NCBI GenBank assembly: GCA_030648285.1
Contig: JAUSIC010000011.1
Location: forward strand, 1,513 to 65,512
Source: Nanobdellota archaeon
GTDB taxonomy: Archaea; Nanobdellota; Nanobdellia; Pacearchaeales; GW2011-AR1
DNA length: 64,000 nt
Reading direction: 5' to 3'
The translations under genes and the position numbers were made by a program. A model generated the notes under the pieces. It was not told the origin of the DNA. It saw nothing but the letters and a program-made list of their open reading frames with translations, and did no database searches. Of the stretch, positions 50,837-61,405 are shown in pieces; the stretch's first letter is position 1; each line of letters starts with the position of its first letter.

Positions 50837-51124
50837 ATGAAAAACGTATACGCAGCACTTTTGTTGCACAAACTCGGAAAAGAAGTAAGTGAAGAGAATG
50901 TGAAAAAAGTTGTTGCAGCTGCTGGCGGAGATGTAGATGAATCTGAAGTTAAGTCTCTTGTCGCTAGTTTGAAAGGTGTTAACATAGACACAGAACTAGA
51001 AAGTGCTAGCTTGGTTTCAAGTGCTCCTGCAAGTGCAGTTGCTCCTGTAGAAGCTAAGAAAGAAGAAAAGCACGAAGAAAAGAAAGAAGCTGCAGCAGAA
51101 GGATTGTCTGCTTTATTTGGGTAA
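50837..51124 (+). CDS. rpl12: ribosomal protein L12 (P1), archaeal stalk protein
   Basis: [30 protein letters not shown]...[16 protein letters not shown]. Confidence 0.85.
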   Translation: MKNVYAALLLHKLGKEVSEENVKKVVAAAGGDVDESEVKSLVASLKGVNIDTELESASLVSSAPASAVAPVEAKKEEKHEEKKEAAAEGLSALFG

Positions 51125-51229
51125 TTATTAGTTTAATAACCGTAGGTAGGCAATCTCACTTTTTCTAGTTGGAAATTTGAGATAATTTATCACAATAATT
51201 CTTAAAAAGAGATAATTTTTAATGAGAAG

Positions 51230-51457
51230 ATGAAAACAAAGATTGTTGAAAAAACATTTTGGGTTTATGAAAGAGATGAAAGTGGGTTAATACCTGATGG
51301 AGTTAGCCAAGTTAGAGTATATTATAAAAATAATCAGCCAGAGGATGTTTGGTTTATCCCAGATGAAAAATATGGGAGAACAAGTGATAGAATAAATCGG
51401 ACAAGAGCAGAAGTAATCCAAATAGTTAACATATTGGAGACATCTTTATCTGATTAA
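51230..51457 (+). CDS. hypothetical small protein (tandem paralogue 1)
   Basis: Starts MKTKI and shares GLIP...V.Y..NN.PE.V.F with the next ORF. Confidence 0.35.
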   Translation: MKTKIVEKTFWVYERDESGLIPDGVSQVRVYYKNNQPEDVWFIPDEKYGRTSDRINRTRAEVIQIVNILETSLSD

Positions 51458-51458
51458 A

Positions 51459-51797
51459 ATGAAAACAAAAATAATTTCTAAGATACTAGGTAATATTCCT
51501 CTGTATGAAATATTAGAAAGTGATGAACTTGGATTAATACCTTTGAAAGCAGGTTATGCTAGAGTGATTTATGATGAAAATAACAAACCCGAATCTGTAT
51601 TCTTTGGTTCAAAATCTAAACATCCTGGATTAGATATAGGTGATGATTTAAGTAAAGGAGAAACAAGAAAATATGAAAGAATGTGCAGAAGATATGACAG
51701 ACAAAATCGAAGGGCGACTAAGGGAATGAACAGGGAAAGAACATTAGAACAAATAAGAAAAATTGCAATAAGACTAGAAAGTTCAGTAGTTAATTAA
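51459..51797 (+). CDS. hypothetical small protein (tandem paralogue 2)
   Basis: Same motifs as 51230-51457. Confidence 0.35.
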   Translation: MKTKIISKILGNIPLYEILESDELGLIPLKAGYARVIYDENNKPESVFFGSKSKHPGLDIGDDLSKGETRKYERMCRRYDRQNRRATKGMNRERTLEQIRKIAIRLESSVVN

Positions 51798-52594
51798 TTC
51801 TCAGCCAATTTTCTCCTAACAATTTCTTCATCATCTGGATTAGTAACTCCAAGCCAAGTATCAGGAGTTGAATATAATTTCATTGAAATCTTTTTTTGTT
51901 TTATTAAAGAACAAATATCTTCAGGAAGAAGAGCTTCTATTTTTCTATTAGCTTTGTTTTTTTCCTTGAATTCTCTAAGAATAATCTGCAATTCGTTTAG
52001 CATTTCTGGTTGTAATGCAAATAAATTCATGCTGCAAAGAGTATCTTCGCCAAAGCGTGTTCCAATATCTGATTTTTCTATTCCAATGATTTCTTTCAAA
52101 TCTGTTATATAACCATTTTCTTGCTGAAAGATTCCTCTGTTAACTTTTCCAATTTCAGGTACAACTGATTTTAAATTAAAACCTATTGATGCAGAATCAG
52201 AATTATTTTTCAAATGTTCTGCAAGAATTCTAAAAGAATTTTTCCCATAGATATCATCTCCATTGCATACAACAAAAGGACAATCAAGAAAAGATTTTGC
52301 AGAGCATAAAGCATCTGTTGTTCCCCATGGCTTGTCTCTTGTATTCTCATCATAGTATTGAAGAGCATAGTAAATTGGAATTCCTTTATAGGAATTTCCA
52401 AATTTTTCCATGAAAGGTTTTTCTGTTTTATTTCCAACAATGAAAATTATCTTTGTAAATCCTGAGAGAAGCGCCTGATTTAAAGAGTACTCAATAAGAG
52501 TTTCTCCATTAGAACCTACTTTTGCAAATTGCTTTATTTTTCCCATGAACCTGCTTGAAATTCCTGCAACCATGTAAACCAAGGCTATTTGCAT
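51794..52594 (-). CDS. sugar-phosphate nucleotidyltransferase
   Basis: N-terminal LVYMVAGISSRF (GxGxR-like NTP-transferase loop). Confidence 0.6.
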   Translation of the reverse strand: MQIALVYMVAGISSRFMGKIKQFAKVGSNGETLIEYSLNQALLSGFTKIIFIVGNKTEKPFMEKFGNSYKGIPIYYALQYYDENTRDKPWGTTDALCSAKSFLDCPFVVCNGDDIYGKNSFRILAEHLKNNSDSASIGFNLKSVVPEIGKVNRGIFQQENGYITDLKEIIGIEKSDIGTRFGEDTLCSMNLFALQPEMLNELQIILREFKEKNKANRKIEALLPEDICSLIKQKKISMKLYSTPDTWLGVTNPDDEEIVRRKLAEN

Positions 52595-52757
52595 GAAATA
52601 TCTTCTTTTGTCAAGTAAATAAATTTGTCTATATTCCAGTTCAATAACATTTATAATCGATTTTTAACAAGTTATTATCTCGAGGTAAATCAAATGACTG
52701 AAAATAAGAGATTTTCAGCACAAATACAAAATTGACAAAGAGGTATTTTGCATAAAG

Positions 52758-54662
52758 ATGTGGAGTTTATACGATAAAGATAAATTTCTTGAACCCTTGA
52801 AATTTTCAAACGGAAAAAATCAAGAAGATGTTGTAAAAGAAATTTTGAATTCTATAAAAGAAGGCAAGAAAGTTATTTTTATAAAAGGAATGTGTGGGAC
52901 AGGAAAATCTGCTATTGCACTAAATGTTGCAAAAGAACTTGGAAAGACGAGCATTGTTGTTCCTGGAAAAGCTCTTCAAAACCAATACAAAGAGGATTAT
53001 GAGAACAACAAATATCTTTTGAAAAACAATGGAGAGAGATTAAAGATAAGTGTTGTTACAGGAAGAAATAATCATAAGTGCAAATTTCTTGAAGGAAGAA
53101 ACGTTCCTGTATTCAAAGAAGAAAGAAACCTAAGGCTTAATGAAATATTCATGAAGAAAGAAGCAAGAGAAATGGGGAGTGATACTTCTGCGGACAATCC
53201 AAATCTTCCTTGCAAAATAGAAATCAAAGACAAGAACAAAAAGATGATTATGGAATATGTGAGAGAGAACAAGGCAATAAATCACAAAAATATTCAAAAC
53301 ATAAAAGATGTGAAGCGAGCAACAATCGCTCCTGCTTGTCCTTATTGGAGTCCTGTATTTCCTGAAAAATTTGAATTAGGGGGAAAGAATTTTGAAAACG
53401 CAAAAAAAAGAAGTTATGAAGGACTTAAAGGAACAAAATATAATTTTTACCAAAGAGAACAAGGATGCAAATTTTATGAGCAATTTAATTCTTTCATTGA
53501 TGCCGATGTTATTGTTTTTAATTCTTTGAAATACAAATTAGAATCTGCAATGAACAGGAAGCCATTGACAGAAGTTGAAATCATTGATGAATGTGATGAA
53601 TTTCTTGATAGTTTTTCAAGCCAGAGAAGAATAAATGTTGAAAGATTGCAAAATTCTCTGAATATGTTCTATAGTGAAAATGAAAATTTTTACGAAGTTG
53701 CAAAAGAAATAAGCGAATTAACTAAAAAAATAAAAAATGACGAAAGAATGAATCACGCAATTTACAACGGAGACATAATTCCTCTGAAGCAAACTCCTGT
53801 TTATGCTCTATTGAAAATATTTCTTGAAAACAGCAGTTTGCTCATTGATTTGGATGATGAAAGTTATTTGTTTGAGATTGCAGAAACAGCAAAAACTTTT
53901 GATGAATTTTTTGATGAAACATTCATGACATTAAGCAAAAAAGATGATAACATGCTTATTGAATTAGTAACGACAAATCTTGCAAAAAAGTTCAAGGAAA
54001 TGATGGATAAGAATAAAATAATAATTTTAATGTCAGGAACTCTTCATTCTGAAAATGTTTTGAAAAATGTTTTTGGAATAAATGAATTTGAAATTTTAGA
54101 TGCAGAAACAGAAAGACAAGGAAGAATTGAAATTTTAAGAACAGGATTAGAGTTTGACTGCAAATATCCAATACCTAGCAGGGAAAAATATCTTAAAGCA
54201 CTGGATAAATGCGTTGAGATTTCAAAAAAACCAACATTGATTCATATAAACTCTTTTACAGACTTGCCGAATGAAAAAGAAATAAAAGAATTTGAATTAA
54301 AAAATTTAATCAACAGAGAAGAACTGAAAGATATTCAAGAAAATGACAAGAAAGAAGAGAGAGTTAAGAAATTCAAGAATAAAGAAATTAATATTCTATT
54401 TTCAACAAAATGCAATAGAGGAGTTGATTTTCCAGGAGAAGAATGCAGAAGCATTATTTTCACAAAATATCCTAATCCTGATGTCAAATCTCCATTCTGG
54501 AAAATCCTTCAAAAAAATTCTCCAAGTTACTATTGGGAATTTTATAGAGACAAAGCAAGAAGAGAACTGCATCAAAGAATTTATCGTGGCTTAAGGTTTA
54601 AAGAAGATTATGTTTATTTGTTATCGCCGGATGAAAGGGTGTTGAAGGGGTTTGAGGGTTAG
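52758..54662 (+). CDS. XPD/Rad3/DinG-family (FeS) DNA helicase-like protein
   Basis: Walker A GMCGTGKSAIA, motif II IIDECDEFLD, C-terminal ILFSTKCNRGVDFPGEECRSIIFTKYPNP (motif VI-like), and several Cys between motifs I and II. Confidence 0.55.
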   Translation: MWSLYDKDKFLEPLKFSNGKNQEDVVKEILNSIKEGKKVIFIKGMCGTGKSAIALNVAKELGKTSIVVPGKALQNQYKEDYENNKYLLKNNGERLKISVVTGRNNHKCKFLEGRNVPVFKEERNLRLNEIFMKKEAREMGSDTSADNPNLPCKIEIKDKNKKMIMEYVRENKAINHKNIQNIKDVKRATIAPACPYWSPVFPEKFELGGKNFENAKKRSYEGLKGTKYNFYQREQGCKFYEQFNSFIDADVIVFNSLKYKLESAMNRKPLTEVEIIDECDEFLDSFSSQRRINVERLQNSLNMFYSENENFYEVAKEISELTKKIKNDERMNHAIYNGDIIPLKQTPVYALLKIFLENSSLLIDLDDESYLFEIAETAKTFDEFFDETFMTLSKKDDNMLIELVTTNLAKKFKEMMDKNKIIILMSGTLHSENVLKNVFGINEFEILDAETERQGRIEILRTGLEFDCKYPIPSREKYLKALDKCVEISKKPTLIHINSFTDLPNEKEIKEFELKNLINREELKDIQENDKKEERVKKFKNKEINILFSTKCNRGVDFPGEECRSIIFTKYPNPDVKSPFWKILQKNSPSYYWEFYRDKARRELHQRIYRGLRFKEDYVYLLSPDERVLKGFEG

Positions 54663-54704
54663 ATTTACACATATGTTTTTAAAATATAAAAAACTAATAG
54701 ATAA

Positions 54705-55358
54705 ATGAATAGAAGGGGAATTAGTACCACAACAGGTATTCTAGTTGCTATAATCGTTTTAGTTGTTATTGGTGGGGGTTATTATATTTACAATGAGAAT
54801 CAAAAAACAATCACTGCAAATGCTATATCTGGATTGGAAAGACAATTAGAAGAACAGGGAAAATTAACTGAAGAACAAGAAAAAGAATTAGAAGAACTAG
54901 CAAAAGTTACTTGTAAAGAAGTTCAAGTCCCTTATGATGCTCAAGAACAATATACAGAACAAGAACCTTATAGTGCAGAAGAGTGTGAAGGTGTTGGTTT
55001 AGCATATAATAAAGTAGACAATTATTGTATTAATTATCAAGATAAAATTATTTTTGAAGACGAACCTGCAAAATATTCAGTAACAGTAAATAATTTAGAC
55101 GCAGAAAATGGAGGTTATTTCCATGTGGATATTGGATTTAATTTTGAAGGTCAAGTAATAAAGGAGTCACAACAGAGATATATTTATCCTGCTTCTTCAG
55201 AAACGTTCAACGTAGAACGTATGGCTTATATTGATAGTTGTTATTTTGTTATGTTAGATGTTCCGGAAAAACAAGTTTGTGAAACAGTAACAAAATATGA
55301 AACCGTTACAAAATATAGAACAATTACTAAATATAGAACTGAAACTGTTTGTGAATAG
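54705..55358 (+). CDS. hypothetical membrane-anchored protein with C-terminal TKY heptad repeats
   Basis: N-terminal TM. Ends in ETVTKYETVTKYRTITKYRTETVCE. Confidence 0.35.
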   Translation: MNRRGISTTTGILVAIIVLVVIGGGYYIYNENQKTITANAISGLERQLEEQGKLTEEQEKELEELAKVTCKEVQVPYDAQEQYTEQEPYSAEECEGVGLAYNKVDNYCINYQDKIIFEDEPAKYSVTVNNLDAENGGYFHVDIGFNFEGQVIKESQQRYIYPASSETFNVERMAYIDSCYFVMLDVPEKQVCETVTKYETVTKYRTITKYRTETVCE

Positions 55359-55427
55359 ACTTTAAGAAAATTCTTCCCGGATTTAATATAGTAACCTTTA
55401 AATTCTATATTTTATTTGAGAAATTAA

Positions 55428-55554
55428 GCCTCCATCGCATAGTGGTATTGCACCGGTCTTGAGTAAGGATAAACCTTTCACTTGTTCGTCAAGGTTTTGT
55501 CAAACAAGAGAACCGGGCCCTTGTGGCTCGCAGGTTCGATTCCTGCTGGAGGCG
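55428..55554 (+). tRNA. tRNA-Ser (TGA) with a 47-nt intron (55464-55510) after anticodon-loop position 37
   Basis: Acceptor GCCTCCA/TGGAGGC, anticodon stem CCGGT/ACCGG, loop CTTGAG|A, a long variable arm GCC-CTTGT-GGC, and T-arm GCAGG TTCGATT CCTGC. Confidence 0.7.
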
Positions 55555-55596
55555 ATTTTTAAATAGATTTTTAAATTTAAATCCCCTTAAAAAAGA

Positions 55597-55773
55597 ATGG
55601 CTAAAAAAAAGAATAATCCTATATTTTATTTATCTGGATTTCTTCTTATCTTTGGAGTTTCTGGTTTAATTTATGGACTGGTTCCATATTCTTCCTTGAT
55701 TATAGGCTCTGTTTCCACAATAATCAGCTTAATTTTAATAAGTATATTAATGCTAATTAAGAAGAAAAAATAA
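55597..55773 (+). CDS. small hypothetical membrane protein
   Basis: 58-aa ORF with two TM helices, below the track cutoff. Confidence 0.25.
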   Translation: MAKKKNNPIFYLSGFLLIFGVSGLIYGLVPYSSLIIGSVSTIISLILISILMLIKKKK

Positions 55774-55775
55774 AT

Positions 55776-56051
55776 TTACTTCCCAAACATTCTTTTCCAC
55801 CAAGACTTCTTTGGCTGTTGTTGTTCTAATTGCTGAATGTCTTCTACATGAAGATATTCAATCTTAGGTTCTACAACTTTAGCAGCTTCTGCGGCTACTT
55901 CTTTTTGAGCATCGTCAGAAGCAATTTCAACAGCAGAACGTGAATTTCCCTGCTTTATCAAAGCCCACTTTAATGTGTCTGCAGAATACCCTTTTGCAAG
56001 ATTTTTTTTGAAATATTCCTGTAATCTCTTTTTATAATTTTCATCCCTCAT
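55776..56051 (-). CDS. hypothetical protein
   Basis: 91-aa ORF. Confidence 0.3.
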   Translation of the reverse strand: MRDENYKKRLQEYFKKNLAKGYSADTLKWALIKQGNSRSAVEIASDDAQKEVAAEAAKVVEPKIEYLHVEDIQQLEQQQPKKSWWKRMFGK

Positions 56052-56267
56052 TCGCTTTTGAAGAATATTGAGTTTAAAAGATTAGTTGTGATAAGTTATA
56101 TAATTTTGCTCGACTTCGTCGTAAGAAAGGAATGGTTAATAGAAAAATTGAAGCCTGTTGTCGACGTTGGGCAGTTGAATAAAGTAGGTTTAAACTGATA
56201 ATAAGTTGAAGTTAGAGTATCCAGTTAATCTAAAATTATTTCGAACGAAGTGAGTGTAAATAGGGGG

Positions 56268-57785
56268 CTACTTGATAGTTATCGGCTTATGCTCATTATA
56301 AAAAGAAACAGCCTCTCTTAGCTTTGAAGGAATATCTGAATATAGAGTAACTAAGGGTTCTCCTTTCTTTACTTTTTCTCCAACATGATGATGAAGATAA
56401 ACTCCTGAAAACTTGTTCAATGGAGAACCTGTCGCTCTTGTCAAAGAATTGATTTTTTTATTATGGATTTCTGCAATTGTTCCTGAACGAGAAGAGGAAA
56501 TTATTTTCTTGAATTTTCCATACCTCAATCTATTTACGCTTCCTCTTTGGGCTTTTATAATCTCCTTGAATTTTTCAAAGGCTTTTCCAGAATCCATTAT
56601 TATCAAAGCAAGCTGTTTTCCTTTTCCTTTTTTTGCCATTCCTGTCATTTCAAGCAATTCTCCTGCGAGAAAAACAGATTTTTTTTCCAAGTCATAAGGA
56701 TATTTGATATTATTTTCAGATTTATCTCTGCTTAGAATTTTTACAATGTCCATTAATTCCAAAGCAGGACCGATTCCATTGCCAATAGGCTGTTCTCCAT
56801 TTGTAAGAACAACTTTCAATTTTCTCTTGAAGTATTTTCCAAGATATTCAAATTTCTTTTTTAATTTTAATCCGTGTTCTCTTGTAACTTTTGCTGTTTT
56901 TCCGTAAGGAATATCTATGAGAATATATTTTGCTCCCATCGAAAGTTTTTTTGCCATTATCGAAGCCAAGAGTTGTGCTTCTGGGTCAATCTCAAGAACT
57001 TTTTCTATTTTTATTATCTTTGAATCGGCAGGAACAATTCCCAATGAACCTCCCCACACCATGCAACCATTTGTCTTGCTTACAATTTTTTTTATTTCTG
57101 GAATGGAGAATTCAACATCTGCAATTGTTTCAACAACATCTGATGTTCCTGCTGCTGTTGTTATTGCCCTTGAAGAAGTTTTTGGAATCAATAATCCTGC
57201 AGCAGCGAGAATTGAAACTACTAGGGGAGTTGTCCTATTTCCAGGAATTCCTCCTATAGAATGCTTGTCAACAACAATTCCTTTTTTCCAGACAATTTTT
57301 TTTCCTGACTCTGCAATCGCCTTGACTAATGAGATTGTTTCATTCATGCTTGTTCCATTCCTGTACATTGCGGAAACAAAAAGAGCAATTTCTGCTTCTG
57401 AAAGAGAATTGCTGACAATTCCGTCAATGATTGTCCTGACTTCCTCAAGAGATAATTCTTTTTTGTCTAGCTTCTTTTTTATATAAATCAAGCTCTTTGA
57501 AATTGGGGCGTGAGTTACTTCAACTTTCTGGCCTACTTTTAATTCCAAGGCATCTTTCATTTCAGAAGAAACTGCAATTTCATTTTCTTTCACTAATCCA
57601 GAACTAATATCTACTATGCTTGAAATTGTTTTATTTGAAGAAGTCTTCATGAAAATCCTGTCCTTTGTAAAAATTCCTATTTTCTTGGCTGTTTTTTCAT
57701 TAAGCATGACAACAGGAAGTCCTGCAGACCATTTCAATATTTTAATTTTCAGTTGCATTTTAAGCCGGTTTCTTTCTGTAAACAT
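56268..57785 (-). CDS. deoA: AMP/thymidine phosphorylase (glycosyltransferase family 3, archaeal long form)
   Basis: HSIGGIPGNRTTPLVVSILAAAGLLIPKTSSRAITTAAGTSD matches the pyrimidine-nucleoside phosphorylase core. Confidence 0.8.
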   Translation of the reverse strand: MFTERNRLKMQLKIKILKWSAGLPVVMLNEKTAKKIGIFTKDRIFMKTSSNKTISSIVDISSGLVKENEIAVSSEMKDALELKVGQKVEVTHAPISKSLIYIKKKLDKKELSLEEVRTIIDGIVSNSLSEAEIALFVSAMYRNGTSMNETISLVKAIAESGKKIVWKKGIVVDKHSIGGIPGNRTTPLVVSILAAAGLLIPKTSSRAITTAAGTSDVVETIADVEFSIPEIKKIVSKTNGCMVWGGSLGIVPADSKIIKIEKVLEIDPEAQLLASIMAKKLSMGAKYILIDIPYGKTAKVTREHGLKLKKKFEYLGKYFKRKLKVVLTNGEQPIGNGIGPALELMDIVKILSRDKSENNIKYPYDLEKKSVFLAGELLEMTGMAKKGKGKQLALIIMDSGKAFEKFKEIIKAQRGSVNRLRYGKFKKIISSSRSGTIAEIHNKKINSLTRATGSPLNKFSGVYLHHHVGEKVKKGEPLVTLYSDIPSKLREAVSFYNEHKPITIK

Positions 57786-58767
57786 CCAGAATTATAATTA
57801 GGTATGCAAGTATCAAAGGACCGATTATAAATCCAAGGACTCCGAACATCATGAATCCTCCAATCATCCCAATAAGCACAACAGCAGGACTTAACTCTGC
57901 TTTTCTTGAAACAAAGAAAGGACGCACTAGGCTGTCTGAAAATGAAGAGATTAGCCCGAAAATTATTATTCCTACTCCTGCAAAAGTATTATCTCCTGCA
58001 AAAAGGAAAACTGCGGTAGGAATCCAAACCAGCGCAGGACCTACTATAGGAAGAACTCCTGCAATTACCGAAAATATTGTCAGCAACAATGCATTCGGAA
58101 CCTTGAAAATAAAAAGTCCTGCTCCAAGAATTGCTCCCTGCATCATACCCAGAACAATTTGTCCAATCAAAACAGAAGAGGTTATATCTTTTGAAAGCTT
58201 GAACATTCTTTTTTGTACATCTGAGGTGAATGGCAAAAGGCTCTGTATGTAATTTATTATTCTTTCTCTGTCTTTAAGCACAAAGAACAATGTGAAGAAT
58301 ACAACAGCTGTTTGAAGCATTATTGTAGGAAATTGCAAAAGCAAATCAGCGAACCCATTCATTATTGAATTAGTTGTATTTGTAACAAAAGTATGAATCA
58401 TAGGGCCTATTTGTGCTGCCAAATCATTCGATGCAAAAAGTGCAGGGAATATTTTTCTAAGAGGGGTTACAAAATCCAATTGTTGTGAAGCAATGTAAAG
58501 TTTTACTGACTGGTTTATGATAATAGGAAGAAGAAACCATACAGGAAGAACTACCAACCAAATCAATAAAATACAAACTAATATCGCTGTAATCTTTGGT
58601 GCTTTTAATAATTTAAGAATTCTGTTATGCAAGGGAGTAAAAATAAATGCCAACAATATTCCAAATATTATTGCAAGCAAGATTGGCCTTAGCATTAAAA
58701 ATGCCAAAACTGCAAGTCCTAAAATAATCACTACTGTCAGTCCTTTTTTAAAAAATACGTCATCCAT
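57760..58767 (-). CDS. AI-2E family (UPF0118/PerM-like) membrane transporter
   Basis: About eight TM helices with family-typical topology. Confidence 0.55.
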   Translation of the reverse strand: MDDVFFKKGLTVVIILGLAVLAFLMLRPILLAIIFGILLAFIFTPLHNRILKLLKAPKITAILVCILLIWLVVLPVWFLLPIIINQSVKLYIASQQLDFVTPLRKIFPALFASNDLAAQIGPMIHTFVTNTTNSIMNGFADLLLQFPTIMLQTAVVFFTLFFVLKDRERIINYIQSLLPFTSDVQKRMFKLSKDITSSVLIGQIVLGMMQGAILGAGLFIFKVPNALLLTIFSVIAGVLPIVGPALVWIPTAVFLFAGDNTFAGVGIIIFGLISSFSDSLVRPFFVSRKAELSPAVVLIGMIGGFMMFGVLGFIIGPLILAYLIIILDVYRKKPA

Positions 58768-58860
58768 TTTATATTGTGTATTATATATTATTCATAGATA
58801 GATTAAATTTATAAAAGTTTGTAAGGAAAAATTTATAAGCAAAATTTAACAAAAGGTTTT

Positions 58861-59556
58861 ATGAATTTTATAAAAAAAGTGTGGGATGGAAGAATTGATG
58901 ACATTGTTCATCAGCAATTTCAGAAATTCAGCAGAGGAGAATTTAGAGATAGAGCACAAATAAAAGTCAAAAGAGTAAAAGACAAGTATACTATCTCTAC
59001 TGGAAACGAATTTGCTAATGATTTTGTAAGAATTTTGGCTGAAAAATTAGGAGACAAGAAAACTCCTGTCACAGGAGCTATTGTTTCAACTCTAGATTTA
59101 GTTGGTTTAGACTATCAAGGAAAAAAGCAATTCATGGGCATAAAGCAGTATGTCATAAAAAAAGAGATGTCTGGAAAAGAAATGCTTGATTTATTGAATA
59201 GATTTCCAAAAGGATTTTTCGCGTTGAGTTTTGAAACAGGGAATTACTTGTTAAAGATAAAACCAAAGGCTCCAAAATCAGCAAAACCTTCAACAAAAGA
59301 CAATGAGAAAATAAAGCCAGATTTTTGCAAGCTCGTGACTAATGACTCTTCAATCGCGAAAAGCTTTGTTTTTGAAAAAGAAGACTTTAAAGATGCAGAA
59401 GTAACTCATACTTTTTTTATCAATGAAATGGTTCTTCCGAAAGGGGAAACTGATTTTGCCAAAGTAAGGGAAATGGCTAAAAGAAAAGGCAAGATTGTGA
59501 GGAAAGCCTTGATTGATGGACAGCAAATGAATAGTGAGAAAGAGTTTGAAGCGTAA
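58861..59556 (+). CDS. hypothetical protein
   Basis: 231-aa ORF immediately upstream of the L3 operon. Confidence 0.35.
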   Translation: MNFIKKVWDGRIDDIVHQQFQKFSRGEFRDRAQIKVKRVKDKYTISTGNEFANDFVRILAEKLGDKKTPVTGAIVSTLDLVGLDYQGKKQFMGIKQYVIKKEMSGKEMLDLLNRFPKGFFALSFETGNYLLKIKPKAPKSAKPSTKDNEKIKPDFCKLVTNDSSIAKSFVFEKEDFKDAEVTHTFFINEMVLPKGETDFAKVREMAKRKGKIVRKALIDGQQMNSEKEFEA

Positions 59557-59648
59557 TTCTTGACTATTAGAAACCCTTTTAAACCCCGATTTTCTCTCTA
59601 TTTTATCCAGGGTAAAGAATAAAATGTATTCCGCAAAAATATTAAGAA

Positions 59649-60602
59649 ATGGGTACAATAAGAAGACCAAGAAAAGGAAGTTTGCAGTATTGGCCGAGAA
59701 AACGAGCCACTAGGTTTTTGCCTAGTGTTAACTGGAATTTTATTAAGTCTGGAAATAATCTCAAAGGTTTCATATGTTACAAAGCAGGAATGGCTTCTGC
59801 TTACGTAAAAGACAACACTCCTAATTCTATGACAAAAGGAAAGAACATTGCTATTCCTGTCACAATTCTTGAATGCCCAACAATGAAAATTTTATCAATA
59901 AGATTCTACAAAGATGGGCAAGTTAGAAAAGAAATTCTTGCTGAAAATCTTGAAAAAGAATTAAGCAGAATAATCAAGATGCCAAAGAAAAAAATGGGCA
60001 AGATTGAAGATATCAAACAAGAAGATTATGATGATGTTAGAGTCATATTTTATTCACAAGTTAAAAAGACAAACATAAAGAAAACACCTGATATTGTTGA
60101 AATAGGACTTGCTGGAGAATTAACTGCAAAGATAAATTTCATAAAAGAAAATCTCAACAAGGAAATTTCTGTTCTTGATATTTTCAAGACAGGACAATTA
60201 GTTGACTTGAGAGGGTTGACAAGAGGAAAAGGACTTCAAGGACCAATGAAAAGATTTGGTATTGGAATGAAATCACACAAATCTGAAAAAGGTAGAAGAA
60301 ATCCAGGAAGCTTAGGACCATGGCATCCTGCAAGAGTAACTTTCAGAACACCACAAGCAGGACAATTAGGTATGTTCACAAGAGTTATTTACAATAACAA
60401 AATAATTGATTTGGGAAAATCTTCTGATAATGGGAAAAAATTTACTACTAATCTAAAAAATTTCGGTGATATAAAAACAGATTATGCTTTGGTTTTTGGA
60501 AGTGTTCAAGGAACAGTTAAGAGACAATTGCTTATGACTCTTCCATTGAGAGAAACAAAAAGTCAAGTAAAGAAAAGTTATGACTTGGTGGAGATAAGAT
60601 GA
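59649..60602 (+). CDS. rpl3: ribosomal protein L3
   Basis: MGTIRRPRKGSLQYWPRKRA N-terminus. Confidence 0.9.
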   Translation: MGTIRRPRKGSLQYWPRKRATRFLPSVNWNFIKSGNNLKGFICYKAGMASAYVKDNTPNSMTKGKNIAIPVTILECPTMKILSIRFYKDGQVRKEILAENLEKELSRIIKMPKKKMGKIEDIKQEDYDDVRVIFYSQVKKTNIKKTPDIVEIGLAGELTAKINFIKENLNKEISVLDIFKTGQLVDLRGLTRGKGLQGPMKRFGIGMKSHKSEKGRRNPGSLGPWHPARVTFRTPQAGQLGMFTRVIYNNKIIDLGKSSDNGKKFTTNLKNFGDIKTDYALVFGSVQGTVKRQLLMTLPLRETKSQVKKSYDLVEIR

Positions 60603-61405
60603 AAACAAAAATATTCGACATAAACGGGAAAGAAAAAGGAAGCATTGAATTGCCTAGTTTTTTCTCTGAAAAAATAAGAGAAGATATTCTATCAAAAGTT
60701 CTTGAAACAAGAAAAACAAAACAACCTTATGCTCCTTCATTAGTTGGAGGAAAGCAACATTCTGCTTCTGGTATTGCTAAACACACAAGAAGTGTTTGGA
60801 AAACACAATATGGAAAAGGAATGGCAAGAGTTTCCAGAAAAATAATGTCAAGAAGAGGAACTCAGTTCAATTGGGTTGGTGCAGAAACAGCACAGACAAG
60901 AGGAGGAAGAAGAGCACATCCTCCAAAAGTTATCTCAATGATAAATTCCAAAAAAATAAACAAGAGAGAACTTGAAATTGCATTAATATCTGCTTTAAGC
61001 GCTACTGCAAATGAAAAGAAAGTTTTGGGGAAATATTCAACATTAGAAGGAAAGAAAATAGAAAATCTTCCTATTGTTGTTGAAGATAAACTTCTTAAGC
61101 TAAAGACAAAAGAATTGCTATCTAGTTTAAAGAAAGTTCTTGGTGAATTATATGAAGTTGCGATAAGGAAAAAGAAAATAAGAAGCGGAAGAGGAAAATC
61201 AAGAGGAAGAAAATATAAATCAAACGCAGGAGTTCTTTTAGTAACCGGAAATAAGGAGAAATTCAGCACAAACGCATTTGAAGTAAAGAGTGCAGGAAGC
61301 GTCAGTGTTATGGATTTGGCAAAAGGCGGAGCAGGAAGATTGACAGTTTATACTGAACAGGCAATAGGTGATTTAAATGAAAGACTTGGAGGAAAAAACA
61401 AATGA
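60599..61405 (+). CDS. rpl4: ribosomal protein L4
   Basis: Position and sequence similarity to the L4/L1e family. Confidence 0.85.
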   Translation: MKTKIFDINGKEKGSIELPSFFSEKIREDILSKVLETRKTKQPYAPSLVGGKQHSASGIAKHTRSVWKTQYGKGMARVSRKIMSRRGTQFNWVGAETAQTRGGRRAHPPKVISMINSKKINKRELEIALISALSATANEKKVLGKYSTLEGKKIENLPIVVEDKLLKLKTKELLSSLKKVLGELYEVAIRKKKIRSGRGKSRGRKYKSNAGVLLVTGNKEKFSTNAFEVKSAGSVSVMDLAKGGAGRLTVYTEQAIGDLNERLGGKNK

